From Naegleria gruberi (lineage: Eukaryota), in the NCBI GenBank assembly GCA_000004985.1, contig GG738845.1: a stretch of 64,000 bases of DNA. One strand, written 5' to 3'. Positions within the stretch are counted from its first letter, which is position 1, and every line of letters starts with the position of its first letter. The notes under the pieces were generated by a model. The model was not told where the DNA came from. It was given only the letters and a program-made list of their open reading frames with translations, and searched no databases. Of this stretch, positions 20,963 to 31,020 are shown one piece after another. A program made the position numbers and the translations under genes.

Positions 20963-23665
20963 TTATTCATTCCACACACATTTTTCATAATTAAAAGAAA
21001 AATCTTCTGAACACTCCACTTCTACCATGTATGACTTCGAAACAATCTCTACTTTTTCCAATAATGAAATAATATCATTCATCTTGTCGGATCGAATTAT
21101 CGACTCCTCTGTAAAGTAGTCTCCAATTTGTTGCAAAGAGGAAAGCCTTTTGAACCATTCAGCTAATTTTCTCTTATTGAATGCGTTAACGACAAACAAA
21201 ACAAATTTAACATCATTTGGCTCTGTGAGCTTGATTTTGGCACTAGAAACTAGATCATTAATACCATGATAAATGTCCTTGATTTCTCCTTGTGTTTTTT
21301 CTGCCTTTTCAACGTAGAACTTGATAAAATCCCAAAAGTAATACCTTCCAAAGAATTTAAAAGCTCTAAAACCAACTTCAAATATTGCAAGAAGTGATCT
21401 AGATAATTTTCTTTTAACAATTTTCTCCATGTCCTCAGATAACTCTATCTTACATTTAATTTCAGCCAAAATAGATTTCAAGTTTTCAATTGGTGGTGCA
21501 TTTGGAAAGTCAATTAAAAGGTTATCTGCAATTAATTGTTGTATCTCCTCACTTGTTTCAAACAGGTCAATATTTTTGATTTTGAATTTAGATTGTTTTT
21601 TAGAGAGGAATATCAAATCTTCCTTGGTATTAGGTTGATAAAGGATGGATGAAGGGGCAAAGAATTCTTTGAGAAATTCTGTGGATGTGAAAAAGGATTC
21701 CCAAAAGTCCTTACTGAAAAAACCATTTACATTTAAATAGTACACATAAAGAATAGACAGAGAAAAATATTCCTTATCTAAACTTGTTGATAATTTCAAA
21801 TCTGAAAAGGATTTTTTAAATCCTCTCAACTTTTTGACAAGCTTTTTCAATTTGGTTTGAGTACTAATTTCAGATTCCTTCTTAATAGAGTTCATAAGAA
21901 AATCTACAAATTTTGGAATAATAATATTGTAGAGGAAGGTTGGTGTGTTGTGCCCAATACTACATTGGTCAGACAGGATTAGAGAGTATTGTCTAGCTAT
22001 TTCTATTACGTATTGGTCGTTATAGTTTAAAATTACCTTATTTTCTTCATCTAACTTTAACTCTCCTTTGGCTAGTTTTTTGTATAAAGTAGATAAGGTA
22101 TTGTCTATCATCTCAATTGCTGGAGGTGTTTGTGTTTTGTTTGCTTTGCTTGGAAGTACTGCTTTTTTCTTTTCTTTGTTTTCATCTATTTGCTTGCCCT
22201 CTTCTTTCCTCTCGTCTTGATAATTTTCATTTTTTCCTTGATCACTTACATTCTCAATTTGAAAATTACTTTCCACTTTATCTAATATAATCTTAGATTT
22301 TCCTGCTTCATTATTGGATTGATTATTAAAGACAACTTTTTGTTCTAACTCTGAAATAGATTTTTCTGAAATCTTGATATGGGTTTCCTTTTCTGAAATA
22401 GTTTTTTGAAATTTTGTTTCTTGATCGAGAAGTTCAATAAGTTTCTGTTTAAGTTCATTTTCTTTTTTGGATAATTCTGATAATGATTTTTCAATAATTG
22501 TCTTTTCAAGTTCATGGGATTCAATTTGTTGTTCTTTTTCTTGTTTTTCTTTCTCATAACTCTTGACACTATTTTCTTTTTCTAATATATACTCTTCAAG
22601 CTTAGCTATTTGATTACTAATGTCAACAAGGTTCCTGTCTAGCTCTAAACTTGTTATTTCTAAAATCTTGACATTTCTTCCCTTTTCTAATATTGATTTT
22701 TCCAAAATCAGAACTTGACCTTCTTTTTCTACTATGCAACCTTCAAGTTTTGATTCCTGTTTATCAAGTTCAATAATTTTTTTTTCGATATCAGAAATTG
22801 TATTTTCTAACGTCTTAATATTATTTTCCTTTTTTAAAATTGATTTCTCATATTTCTTAATATTATTTGTCTTCTCTACAATGGATACTTCAAGATTTTT
22901 TTCTTGAGTAACAAGTTCTGAGAGTTTTTTGTCAAGCTCTGTAATTGTCATTTCTAAATTTTCTATAGTATTTTCCTTCTCTACAATAGAAGACTCTTGA
23001 AAATGTTGCGTTTCAACAAGAGAGTTTTTAGCTTGGTTATTAAGGTCAACAACTTTTTGTTCTAACTTTGAAATAGATTTTCTGATATTGGTTTCCTTTT
23101 TTGAAATAGTTTCTTGAAGTTTTGTTTCTTGATTGAGTAGTTCAATAAGCTTCTGTTCAAGTTCTGTAATTATCATTTCTAAATTTTTGATGATATTTTC
23201 CCTCTCTATAATAGAAGACTCTTTGAAATGTTGTGTTTCAACAAGCTCATTTTCTTTTTTGGATAATTCTGATAATGATCTTTCAATAATTGTCTTTTCA
23301 AGTTCAAGTTTTCCAATTTTTTGTTCTTTTTCTTTTTTTTCAATTTCTAGTTTGTAAACATTATCATGGAGTTCTTTGGTTTTGCTATCCAAATCTGCCT
23401 TTTCTTCCATTGATTTAGTATATTCAGATTGTTGATTCATTAATTGTACTTCAAGATCTGCAATTATTTCACACATTGCAACTTTTCTTGATGAAAAATC
23501 TGCAAAATCGTGCTGCAATCTTTCTTTCTGCAAACTGGTCTCTTTCACAATGTCTTCCACTTCCTTATTCATTGAAGAAATATTTTCAACATTTTGTGTT
23601 TCCTTTTCCAAATTTTCTTTTAACAATAACATTTGATTTTGCAAAGAGGATTTTTGCTCTTCCAA
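20963..23665 (-). CDS. Giant coiled-coil protein, C-terminal segment: about 540 aa of coiled-coil repeats plus a roughly 360-aa non-coiled C-terminal domain
   Basis: 900-aa ORF. The upstream ORF (23620..27393) overlaps it by 46 nt in a different frame, and coding-like sequence is continuous across the junction. Probably the same gene as the next three entries. Confidence 0.6.
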   Translation of the reverse strand: MEEQKSSLQNQMLLLKENLEKETQNVENISSMNKEVEDIVKETSLQKERLQHDFADFSSRKVAMCEIIADLEVQLMNQQSEYTKSMEEKADLDSKTKELHDNVYKLEIEKKEKEQKIGKLELEKTIIERSLSELSKKENELVETQHFKESSIIERENIIKNLEMIITELEQKLIELLNQETKLQETISKKETNIRKSISKLEQKVVDLNNQAKNSLVETQHFQESSIVEKENTIENLEMTITELDKKLSELVTQEKNLEVSIVEKTNNIKKYEKSILKKENNIKTLENTISDIEKKIIELDKQESKLEGCIVEKEGQVLILEKSILEKGRNVKILEITSLELDRNLVDISNQIAKLEEYILEKENSVKSYEKEKQEKEQQIESHELEKTIIEKSLSELSKKENELKQKLIELLDQETKFQKTISEKETHIKISEKSISELEQKVVFNNQSNNEAGKSKIILDKVESNFQIENVSDQGKNENYQDERKEEGKQIDENKEKKKAVLPSKANKTQTPPAIEMIDNTLSTLYKKLAKGELKLDEENKVILNYNDQYVIEIARQYSLILSDQCSIGHNTPTFLYNIIIPKFVDFLMNSIKKESEISTQTKLKKLVKKLRGFKKSFSDLKLSTSLDKEYFSLSILYVYYLNVNGFFSKDFWESFFTSTEFLKEFFAPSSILYQPNTKEDLIFLSKKQSKFKIKNIDLFETSEEIQQLIADNLLIDFPNAPPIENLKSILAEIKCKIELSEDMEKIVKRKLSRSLLAIFEVGFRAFKFFGRYYFWDFIKFYVEKAEKTQGEIKDIYHGINDLVSSAKIKLTEPNDVKFVLFVVNAFNKRKLAEWFKRLSSLQQIGDYFTEESIIRSDKMNDIISLLEKVEIVSKSYMVEVECSEDFSFNYEKCVWNE
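22330..23340. repeat. Intragenic DNA repeats (about 85-97% identical blocks of 60-140 nt) encoding repeated 50-aa coiled-coil units
   Basis: 22332..22470 is near-identical to 23049..23165. 22461..22525 is near-identical to 23249..23305. 22931..23020 is near-identical to 23163..23248. Protein repeats: ...SLSELSKKENEL..., ETQHF(K/Q)ESSI(I/V)E(R/K)EN(I/T)I(K/E)NLEM(I/T)ITEL.... Confidence 0.8.
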
Positions 23666-26600
23666 ATTAATAGCTTTGAATCATACTCGGAAATATCTTT
23701 TCTCAATTTTTCAACAACTTTTGTGTCTTCTTCTACTTGTAGTGTTGACTGAATGATATTATCTTGCAAATTATTGGCTGTAAATCTTAATTCATGCAGT
23801 TCGTGTTGCTTTTTCGAAATTGAAATTTCGTTATCCTTAATTTCTGTTTCCAATTTGAAAATTTCATTCTCTAACCCCTTTATCTTTTCCAAACATGTAA
23901 TTTCATTATTTTGTAGAATTTGCTTTTTGTGTTCTAGTTTTTTCTCAGTATCTCTTCCACTATTACATCTTTCTTTTAATACCCTTAGTGTTTCCTCATA
24001 TTTGAGAATAGATTCGTTTAATGATCTTTCTTCTTCTTCTTCTAACTTTTTTAGCATTTCCAATTTTTCAAGAGTTTTCAACTTGGAGTTGTCTTTTAAT
24101 GTTTCTAAAATATCTGTTTTTTCTGAATTGTGCTTATCTATCAACATTATTTCTTCCTCTAATCTCATTAATTGATCCTTGAGTTGTTTCTCTTCCTCTT
24201 CCTTAACTTCCTTCTTCTTGACTGCATCTTTTAACTTTATGCCTAGTTCTTCTATTAGTACCTTCAACGCTTCTAAATGTACTTCTTCAGTTTTAATACA
24301 TATTTCAAACTCCTTAACTTTAGATCTGATGGAATGTGTGTTATCTAACAATATTTTATGCTTCTCTTCTTCTTCTTCAAGCTCTTCTTCAATTTTTTGG
24401 GCATCGAATGTGTACTTGTCAAAAAGTAGTTGTTTTTCGTCTAGCAACAACATTGAATTTTGAATTCCATTGCTCAAATTCTGAATATTGTTTTCAACTA
24501 TTTCTAGTGCACTCTTAAGTTGGTTTTCCTTGTTGTTTCTTTCTGCAATTATCATGTTGAGATTCTCCAATTTCTCTTTTTTGGTTTCTTCAAGGGACTG
24601 AATAGTCTTTTCGGCCTCTTCGATACTGTTGGTTATTCTTTCCAGTTCTGATTCAATACCTTTTCTTTTAGTAATTATTACATCAAGACTACTCAATTTA
24701 ATGCCAATTTTAGATTGGAAACAATTAAAAGATTCCTCTTCAAAAGAAATTGAATTCTCAATTTCTGAAATTTTCCTTTCAATTTCCTTTTTTTGTTCTT
24801 CCTTTAATACTAATTCTCTGGTCTTTGAATCGTGCTGAACTCTGATTTCCTCCATTTTACTCTCTATTTCTTCTTGGTTCTTTTTAAATTTTTCTTCTAC
24901 CATATTTCTATAGAGAATCTTATCATGTAATATTAATTCTTGTTCCTCTAACTTTTCTCTAAATATACAAATATCCTCCTTTTGTAATTCTATTCTGTCT
25001 TCTATTTGAGATATAGATTCGCTCAATTTATGTTCTTCATCAGCTAACTTTGGTCCTAATTCAACTAGATTTTTGTAATTCTCTTCTAGAGATTTAATGT
25101 ATAATTCCATTTCTTTGTTTTGGTTTTCTTTTTCATAGACATTCTCTTTAAGCTTTTCTGTAAGCTGAGTAATTTCAAGATTAGTTTGAAGAGAATTGGC
25201 TAATTGCTTTTCTACTTCTTCTAATTTTTGTTGAAATATGATTTGCTCTTTTTCAGCGGTTTGTAAAAGTGTTTCTTTTGATTTCAAAAACCCATCATTT
25301 GCCTTTTTTTTCATTTCTATTTCTTCGACTTTGAGTTTTTCAAGATCATGCTCATAAGTTTTTCTTGCTTTTAGAATGCAACATTCAACACGTGTCTGTT
25401 CTTGTTCTAATGAAAGTTGCAACTCATTCTCAACCCTATTTTTTTCAATTTCAAGGGATTTTACTTTTTCTGATTTTATATCCCTTATCTTGGATTCAAG
25501 TGCTGCTACTTGATCAGATATAATTTGCTCATTTGATTTCAAAAAAATTTCCAAATTTTCTCGTTTTTCGTTGATTGTAAGGATCAAACAATTAAGATGA
25601 TCAATATGGTTTTTAACTTCTACCATTGGCAAGTATTCGTAGAATTTTTGGAAAGCTTGTTCCTCAAATGTCTTGGAATCCAACTGTTGAGAAACTATTT
25701 GTTTCAATTCATCACGCATTTCACTTTGTGTTTTCAAGAACACTTCTGCCTCAGTGCAAATCTTTGAAAATATTGGTATTTTCTTGGCTTTTTCAATTAA
25801 TAACCCCAATATTTCATCAGGATTTTTTTGCTCCATTTGAAGCAAAATCTGATTGGAAATATTACTTTCTAAAAATATAGATGTCTTTCTTTGTACCAGT
25901 TTGTCCATCGAGGATAAAATTTCCGCATCTTGCTCAAGCTCTGACAATTTACACAAAATATCATCAATAGACGAGACACTTATTTCATCGTTATTAAGAA
26001 TATTCTCAGTGTAATTTAGTAGATCGTTTCTTTTTTTGAGTTTCTCCAACTTATTAGTTAAAAATATTTTTTCTTTCTCCATAAAATTTCCTTCCAATGT
26101 ATTAATAATCTCCTCAATTTGGGTAATATTATTAGAGGAAATATAATCTTTCATATTTTTTCTGATAAGATTAATTTTTTGAAATAAATCATTTGATTTC
26201 TTTTGTAAAAGCACAAAATTGGTATTTTCATTCCCTTCCTGACAAATGCTACTAACTTTTTCATTCCATAAACGTAATAAGCATTCATTACCCAACTTCA
26301 TGATAACCTCAAATTCCTCCATGAGACGTTTTTCATTATACTCTTTCCATTGATTGGTTATTTCGATAATATCTTTTTTTGATAGGAAATTTGTAAATTT
26401 TGATATATACTCTTCCAATCTCTTGCTTACATGAATACTTTCGAATTGATCCAAAATCTTATTTTTTGAAGTTTGGTTTTGTATAATGAGGTAATCCACT
26501 TCATCCAATAATTTGTTGTCAAAAAACTCTGTACAATCTTTGCACTGTTGGAATAAAGTTATTATATTTGAGAAATCTCTCTCAATTAATCTACATTCAA

Positions 26601-27393
26601 GATCTATAAAATGTTGGATTTCCAACTCTGCTTTTTTAGCTTTCTCTAATAATTGTAAATTTTTTAAATCAGTACTATTCTCAATTATATTAACAACTTC
26701 ATGAATCCTATTAAGATTTTTTTGTTTTAAAGCGCTATTATACTCTTCTAATAACTCTTCTTCTCTATCTAATTGTGATAACACAGAAATAGCCCTATTT
26801 AAATGTTCGGGAAGAGAATTTGTAAAACGTTTGCCTATGGATATGGCTTTTTCCAAGTTGGTTTTTTCCCTGGCCACAATAGCATTTTCAAGCAGAACCC
26901 TGCTTTCTTGAATAGAACCTAGAATGCTATTCATTTGGTCGATTGAAGAAATGAAACTTGACTTTAGGTGATCCTCTTTTTCAATAGTTTTTAAACAAGC
27001 TTTCAGCTTGCCCTCCTCTCTTTCCGCAATGGCTTCATCCACTAAAAGTTCCATCTTTTGGATGTCATATCTTTCCCACAATTTCCATTGACTGTTGACA
27101 AAGCTTTCACTAAAATTTGCAGAAATACTAGACAATACTGCACTAAATTCTTCCTTTCCAAGTGATAAATTAATTGGAAGTAACGAATTTTGTGTTTGAT
27201 GTAATTGGCATACTCGGCTCCAAATTTCCGAAATTTCTGCGTCTTTAAAATCGTTTCTAATTTCTTTCTGAACAATTTGGAAATTTGATAAATCTCTTGT
27301 TTTTAACATTGTTTCTAGCTTGTATTTGATGTCTAACTCCTCCACGGAAACGGAGAGCAGAGAATCAAGCAGTAGTTTCGCTTCATTTCTCAA
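23620..27393 (-). CDS. Giant coiled-coil protein, central segment (1257 aa of E/K/L-rich heptads)
   Basis: Long ORF adjoining the gap at its 5' side and frame-shifted relative to 20963..23665 at its 3' side. Confidence 0.6.
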   Translation of the reverse strand: MRNEAKLLLDSLLSVSVEELDIKYKLETMLKTRDLSNFQIVQKEIRNDFKDAEISEIWSRVCQLHQTQNSLLPINLSLGKEEFSAVLSSISANFSESFVNSQWKLWERYDIQKMELLVDEAIAEREEGKLKACLKTIEKEDHLKSSFISSIDQMNSILGSIQESRVLLENAIVAREKTNLEKAISIGKRFTNSLPEHLNRAISVLSQLDREEELLEEYNSALKQKNLNRIHEVVNIIENSTDLKNLQLLEKAKKAELEIQHFIDLECRLIERDFSNIITLFQQCKDCTEFFDNKLLDEVDYLIIQNQTSKNKILDQFESIHVSKRLEEYISKFTNFLSKKDIIEITNQWKEYNEKRLMEEFEVIMKLGNECLLRLWNEKVSSICQEGNENTNFVLLQKKSNDLFQKINLIRKNMKDYISSNNITQIEEIINTLEGNFMEKEKIFLTNKLEKLKKRNDLLNYTENILNNDEISVSSIDDILCKLSELEQDAEILSSMDKLVQRKTSIFLESNISNQILLQMEQKNPDEILGLLIEKAKKIPIFSKICTEAEVFLKTQSEMRDELKQIVSQQLDSKTFEEQAFQKFYEYLPMVEVKNHIDHLNCLILTINEKRENLEIFLKSNEQIISDQVAALESKIRDIKSEKVKSLEIEKNRVENELQLSLEQEQTRVECCILKARKTYEHDLEKLKVEEIEMKKKANDGFLKSKETLLQTAEKEQIIFQQKLEEVEKQLANSLQTNLEITQLTEKLKENVYEKENQNKEMELYIKSLEENYKNLVELGPKLADEEHKLSESISQIEDRIELQKEDICIFREKLEEQELILHDKILYRNMVEEKFKKNQEEIESKMEEIRVQHDSKTRELVLKEEQKKEIERKISEIENSISFEEESFNCFQSKIGIKLSSLDVIITKRKGIESELERITNSIEEAEKTIQSLEETKKEKLENLNMIIAERNNKENQLKSALEIVENNIQNLSNGIQNSMLLLDEKQLLFDKYTFDAQKIEEELEEEEEKHKILLDNTHSIRSKVKEFEICIKTEEVHLEALKVLIEELGIKLKDAVKKKEVKEEEEKQLKDQLMRLEEEIMLIDKHNSEKTDILETLKDNSKLKTLEKLEMLKKLEEEEERSLNESILKYEETLRVLKERCNSGRDTEKKLEHKKQILQNNEITCLEKIKGLENEIFKLETEIKDNEISISKKQHELHELRFTANNLQDNIIQSTLQVEEDTKVVEKLRKDISEYDSKLLIWKSKNPLCKIKCYC

Positions 27394-27431
27394 ATTCTGC
27401 CATTTTTCTGTTTCTGATTTTATTCCATCTG

Positions 27432-27811
27432 NNNNNNNNNNNNNNNNNNNNNNNNNNNNNNNNNNNNNNNNNNNNNNNNNNNNNNNNNNNNNNNNNNNNN
27501 NNNNNNNNNNNNNNNNNNNNNNNNNNNNNNNNNNNNNNNNNNNNNNNNNNNNNNNNNNNNNNNNNNNNNNNNNNNNNNNNNNNNNNNNNNNNNNNNNNNN
27601 NNNNNNNNNNNNNNNNNNNNNNNNNNNNNNNNNNNNNNNNNNNNNNNNNNNNNNNNNNNNNNNNNNNNNNNNNNNNNNNNNNNNNNNNNNNNNNNNNNNN
27701 NNNNNNNNNNNNNNNNNNNNNNNNNNNNNNNNNNNNNNNNNNNNNNNNNNNNNNNNNNNNNNNNNNNNNNNNNNNNNNNNNNNNNNNNNNNNNNNNNNNN
27801 NNNNNNNNNNN
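27432..27811. other. Assembly gap (380 N)
   Basis: Uninterrupted run of n inside the giant coiled-coil gene. ORF-track entries containing X (27320..27844 plus, 27420..28712 minus) are artefacts of it. Confidence 0.99.
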
Positions 27812-28712
27812 TCTTTATACCAGACTCTAGAAGTATTTGTGTGAATTTTTGTTGTTTTTCTGCAGAAAACGTTTCAGACTTTTCTATAATATTTTTGATT
27901 CGTTGTACCACTTCCTTCTTTCTTCTTTCCTTCTCTTCTACCATGTTTTGATCGGTATCATTAAGAGAGAGAAATGTAAGAGCGTCTTTTAGAATATCTG
28001 AAGCAATAATCCTTTCGATTTCATTCAAAAAAGAGTTAACAGCTGCTTTCACTTGATTAAGGTCTTGTTTTTGAAGAGCTATTGACAGCTCCTTCCGTTT
28101 TTCCAAGGCTCCAGAAAATGATGAAAGACAGGTATGGGTTTGTTTGAGTAATCTAACCATATTAGTAGGAACCTGACTGTAAAATATTTCTAAATCTTGC
28201 TGATTACCTTTTTCCAGGGATTTTACAAAAGAATTTATCATTTCTATGATCCTTTTTGTTTCATCCACCAATCTTTGAGTTTTGTTTACCTTGTGGGATG
28301 TTTCTTTTCCAAACTGGGTCGAGAATATTGTTAGGTTCTTGGAGTAGTTATTATCAAAACTTTCTACTTTTAATCTTAATTTCTCATCTCCAAAATTCAC
28401 AACTTCCAGGATATGACCATCAATGTTATTGTACAATTCATTAAGAAAGGTAGTTGCTTCCTTCTCAATATTGTCCATACTTTGAATGAAGTTTAGTTTT
28501 TCCTGAAATAATTTTGTTGCATTTTCTACAGCATTTCTCAATGACTGATCTTTAAAATCAAATATATTTTGCTTTAAACCTGCCCTATAGACAGTTAAAA
28601 GATGGTGGATCTCTTCTAATTTTTCGTTTTTGATAGAAACTTCAAGGCTTTGCAAAAACTCATCTCTCTTTCTTCCTTTCCATCTCCTTAACAGAAATGA
28701 GTTAATGATCAA
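27812..28712 (-). CDS. Giant coiled-coil protein, segment upstream of the assembly gap
   Basis: ORF 27420..28712 in the track is bridged by X residues across the N-run. Only 27812..28712 (plus 27420..27431) is real sequence. Its 5' end joins ORF 28724..29239 through a candidate 41-nt GTAGGT...TTAAG intron. Confidence 0.5.
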
Positions 28713-28723
28713 TATAACTTTAC

Positions 28724-29239
28724 CTACATTTTATCATTTCCTGTAGAAAATTCAATAGAATTTAAAAAAGAATCCAAGTTTTTTTGCAAATTAACAATAC
28801 TACCACTAACTTTCTCTTGAAATCTTGAATATTGAGCTTGCATAGATTTCATTTCGTCCTCTATGGAGTCAATTTTAGTCCTTATTACTTCTATTCCTTG
28901 TGAAAAATCATCTTGATCCAATAAAACAAAATTTTCCTTCACATTCTTATCACCAGTGCTTTTTTCTCTTGGGTTTGAAGGTGATTTAAGATGGTCATCT
29001 CTTTCCGAAGGACTTTCAAATCTTGGTTGGTATCTAATCAAGCTTGGGCTTTTCGTTGGACTTTCCAAACGTAAAGTGTTGTTACTACTATTATACAAAG
29101 ATGTGTTTTCAAGAGAAGTTTCCTTCCTCACTGGTGATTTTAAAGTTGGCGAAGCATATCTTTTGAATATTTCACTGGGAGTAGAAAAAGTTGCTCCAAA
29201 TGTCTTTGAGTGCGATGATGGTGTTCTCCTCTCACTCAT
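28724..29239 (-). CDS. Giant coiled-coil protein, probable first exon (S/P-rich N-terminus, MSERRTPSS...)
   Basis: ATG-initiated ORF. The in-frame TAG at its end is followed directly by GTAAAG. A GTAGGT donor 2 nt earlier plus the acceptor TTAAG at 28692 joins in frame to ...RWKGRKRDEFLQ. Confidence 0.45.
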   Translation of the reverse strand: MSERRTPSSHSKTFGATFSTPSEIFKRYASPTLKSPVRKETSLENTSLYNSSNNTLRLESPTKSPSLIRYQPRFESPSERDDHLKSPSNPREKSTGDKNVKENFVLLDQDDFSQGIEVIRTKIDSIEDEMKSMQAQYSRFQEKVSGSIVNLQKNLDSFLNSIEFSTGNDKM

Positions 29240-29312
29240 TGTTGTGACAAATATTTTTGATGATAAGAATGTGGGCAGTGCTTAGAACCCTCCAACTAAC
29301 TTGTAGTCAAAA

Positions 29313-29324
29313 ATGCGCCAAAAC
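29313..29324. promoter_or_regulatory. E2F-like GC motif (GCGCCAAAA; reverse complement TTTTGGCGC) upstream of the CH-domain gene
   Basis: 20 bp upstream of the ATG at 29343. Exact match to the TTTTGGCGC half of the E2F consensus. Confidence 0.3.
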
Positions 29325-29342
29325 AACATTTAAAAAAATGCA

Positions 29343-30947
29343 ATGATGCCTCAAGTCGATAGAAACCCACAAACTACTCAACCCCTACGAAGGTTGGTTT
29401 TTATTCCTGAATCTATGAAAGAAATGTTTGGAAAACGGAAGATATCAATTTCATCTAATAGACATGAATTAAATGAACAAAAAAAACCAAACTTCAATTC
29501 CGATATAATAGTACCTCAAAGAGACCCAATAACTACAGGCCCTTTGAAATCTCTCCATATCACATACAATTCAAAAATACTTTCTAGAGATTATAAGGAA
29601 GGCGAAACGGTCCATATCCAAGATTGTCACAAAAACAAAGATTTACAAAAAGAAAAAAAGCTTTCACATACTACAACCAAACAACAAACAGAAGCTCTTC
29701 AAAATAGTATCAAAGAAATAGAACCCACACGAAATAGAAACCAAACTTCATCTAGAAGGGAGAACAGTTTGTACACAGCAGAAAAAATGAAAGATTTGGA
29801 ACAATCAACATTATTTTGGCTAAGAAGTTTGGGAATGTTACCCATTCATAAACCTATTCCAGTAACGTTAGAAGAAATTGAAGAAGAAATCAGAAATGGC
29901 ACATTGTTATGCAATTTAGTAGAATTTATTATTGGAGAACCAATTTTAGGAGTAAATAGAAATCCTAAAATTGAAACATCATCAAAATCCAATATTTCAA
30001 AGGCATTCGATCCCCTAAGAAATAAGAAGTGGATGCACCAGAAAAACCTAATAGAAGAGGATATTTTAATTGGAAACAAAAACACTATTCTAGCTCTATT
30101 TGAAGATATTCGAAGATACTACGATGGAATTCCTCAGAGAACTTCAAAAACCAAGTCTCCTTATCTTGGGAATTACTCCCCCATTGGTCTAGGTGTACCT
30201 CATTACACTTTCCAGAATATTCCACCAGTTCCTAATGATTTACCCATTCAACAGAGCACAAAACAATCCCTTATCCAACAAATGATGAGTTCAAACTTTT
30301 ATGATTGTGAAAAAATCCCATTTACAACAGCTTCTCCGACAGAGCTTAAACCAACTACACCAACTCCTACAAGGGGCTCAGCAATAGAACAAAGAGTATG
30401 TCCAGAACCATTCTTCCCATCGTCACAACTAAAATCTGTATTCCTTCCCTCGCCCTCAGACATTATTCAAACTTTGGAGCTAATGAATAAGGACTCGAAG
30501 ACCAAACAGACTAATACCCCAATTCAACAAGACTTTGAAGACTGTGATCTAGTGAGAAACGAATTCAAAGAAAACCAATTTATAGAAGAATCAAAAAAAA
30601 AGAAACATATTCTTTCGTGGATTGAAAAAGGGCTAGGTATCAAAGTAGATATGGACACATTCTTTTTTGAATTAATGAATGGAACTAAACTTGCCGAAAT
30701 AGTTGCTAGGTGTGAGATGTCTCACGAACTGAGGGGAGTTGAAAAAAATCCAAAAAAACCAGCTCACAAAATTAACAATGTAAATAGAGCTCTTTCAGTA
30801 CTAAGGGAGCACAAAGATATGACAAATTGTAAATTTATTTGGTCAACTAATGATATTGTAAATGGTAACGTATCTGTAATATTGGGACTTTTATCTGATT
30901 TATTTTCATGTTATTGCAGGAGTAAATCTAGATACTTTGAAGAATAA
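29343..30947 (+). CDS. Protein with N- and C-terminal calponin-homology (CH)-like domains
   Basis: N-terminal block FWLRSLGMLPIHKP...EEIRNGTLLCNLVEFIIGE. C-terminal block LSWIEKGLGIKVDMD..ELMNGTKLAEIV ... NVNRALSVLRE ... IVNGNVSVILGLLSDLF. Both fit CH-domain patterns. Confidence 0.55.
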   Translation: MMPQVDRNPQTTQPLRRLVFIPESMKEMFGKRKISISSNRHELNEQKKPNFNSDIIVPQRDPITTGPLKSLHITYNSKILSRDYKEGETVHIQDCHKNKDLQKEKKLSHTTTKQQTEALQNSIKEIEPTRNRNQTSSRRENSLYTAEKMKDLEQSTLFWLRSLGMLPIHKPIPVTLEEIEEEIRNGTLLCNLVEFIIGEPILGVNRNPKIETSSKSNISKAFDPLRNKKWMHQKNLIEEDILIGNKNTILALFEDIRRYYDGIPQRTSKTKSPYLGNYSPIGLGVPHYTFQNIPPVPNDLPIQQSTKQSLIQQMMSSNFYDCEKIPFTTASPTELKPTTPTPTRGSAIEQRVCPEPFFPSSQLKSVFLPSPSDIIQTLELMNKDSKTKQTNTPIQQDFEDCDLVRNEFKENQFIEESKKKKHILSWIEKGLGIKVDMDTFFFELMNGTKLAEIVARCEMSHELRGVEKNPKKPAHKINNVNRALSVLREHKDMTNCKFIWSTNDIVNGNVSVILGLLSDLFSCYCRSKSRYFEE

Positions 30948-31020
30948 TAAACCATCTAGGACTTCAATTTAAATGCTCAACAAAAAAAATTATTTACTTC
31001 AACAAAAATTTTAAAACAAA

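Noticed and set aside
23620-23665. The 46-nt overlap of two long minus-strand ORFs read as programmed ribosomal frameshifting or as two overlapping genes
   Set aside because: There is no slippery heptamer or downstream structure that I can see. The flanking protein sequence is one continuous coiled coil. The region is next to internal repeats and a gap in a draft assembly, so an indel error (or a pseudogenising mutation) is far more likely.
27320-27844. ORF-track entries containing long X runs (27320..27844 plus strand; X part of 27420..28712 minus strand)
   Set aside because: Artefacts of translating the 380-N scaffold gap. They carry no sequence information.
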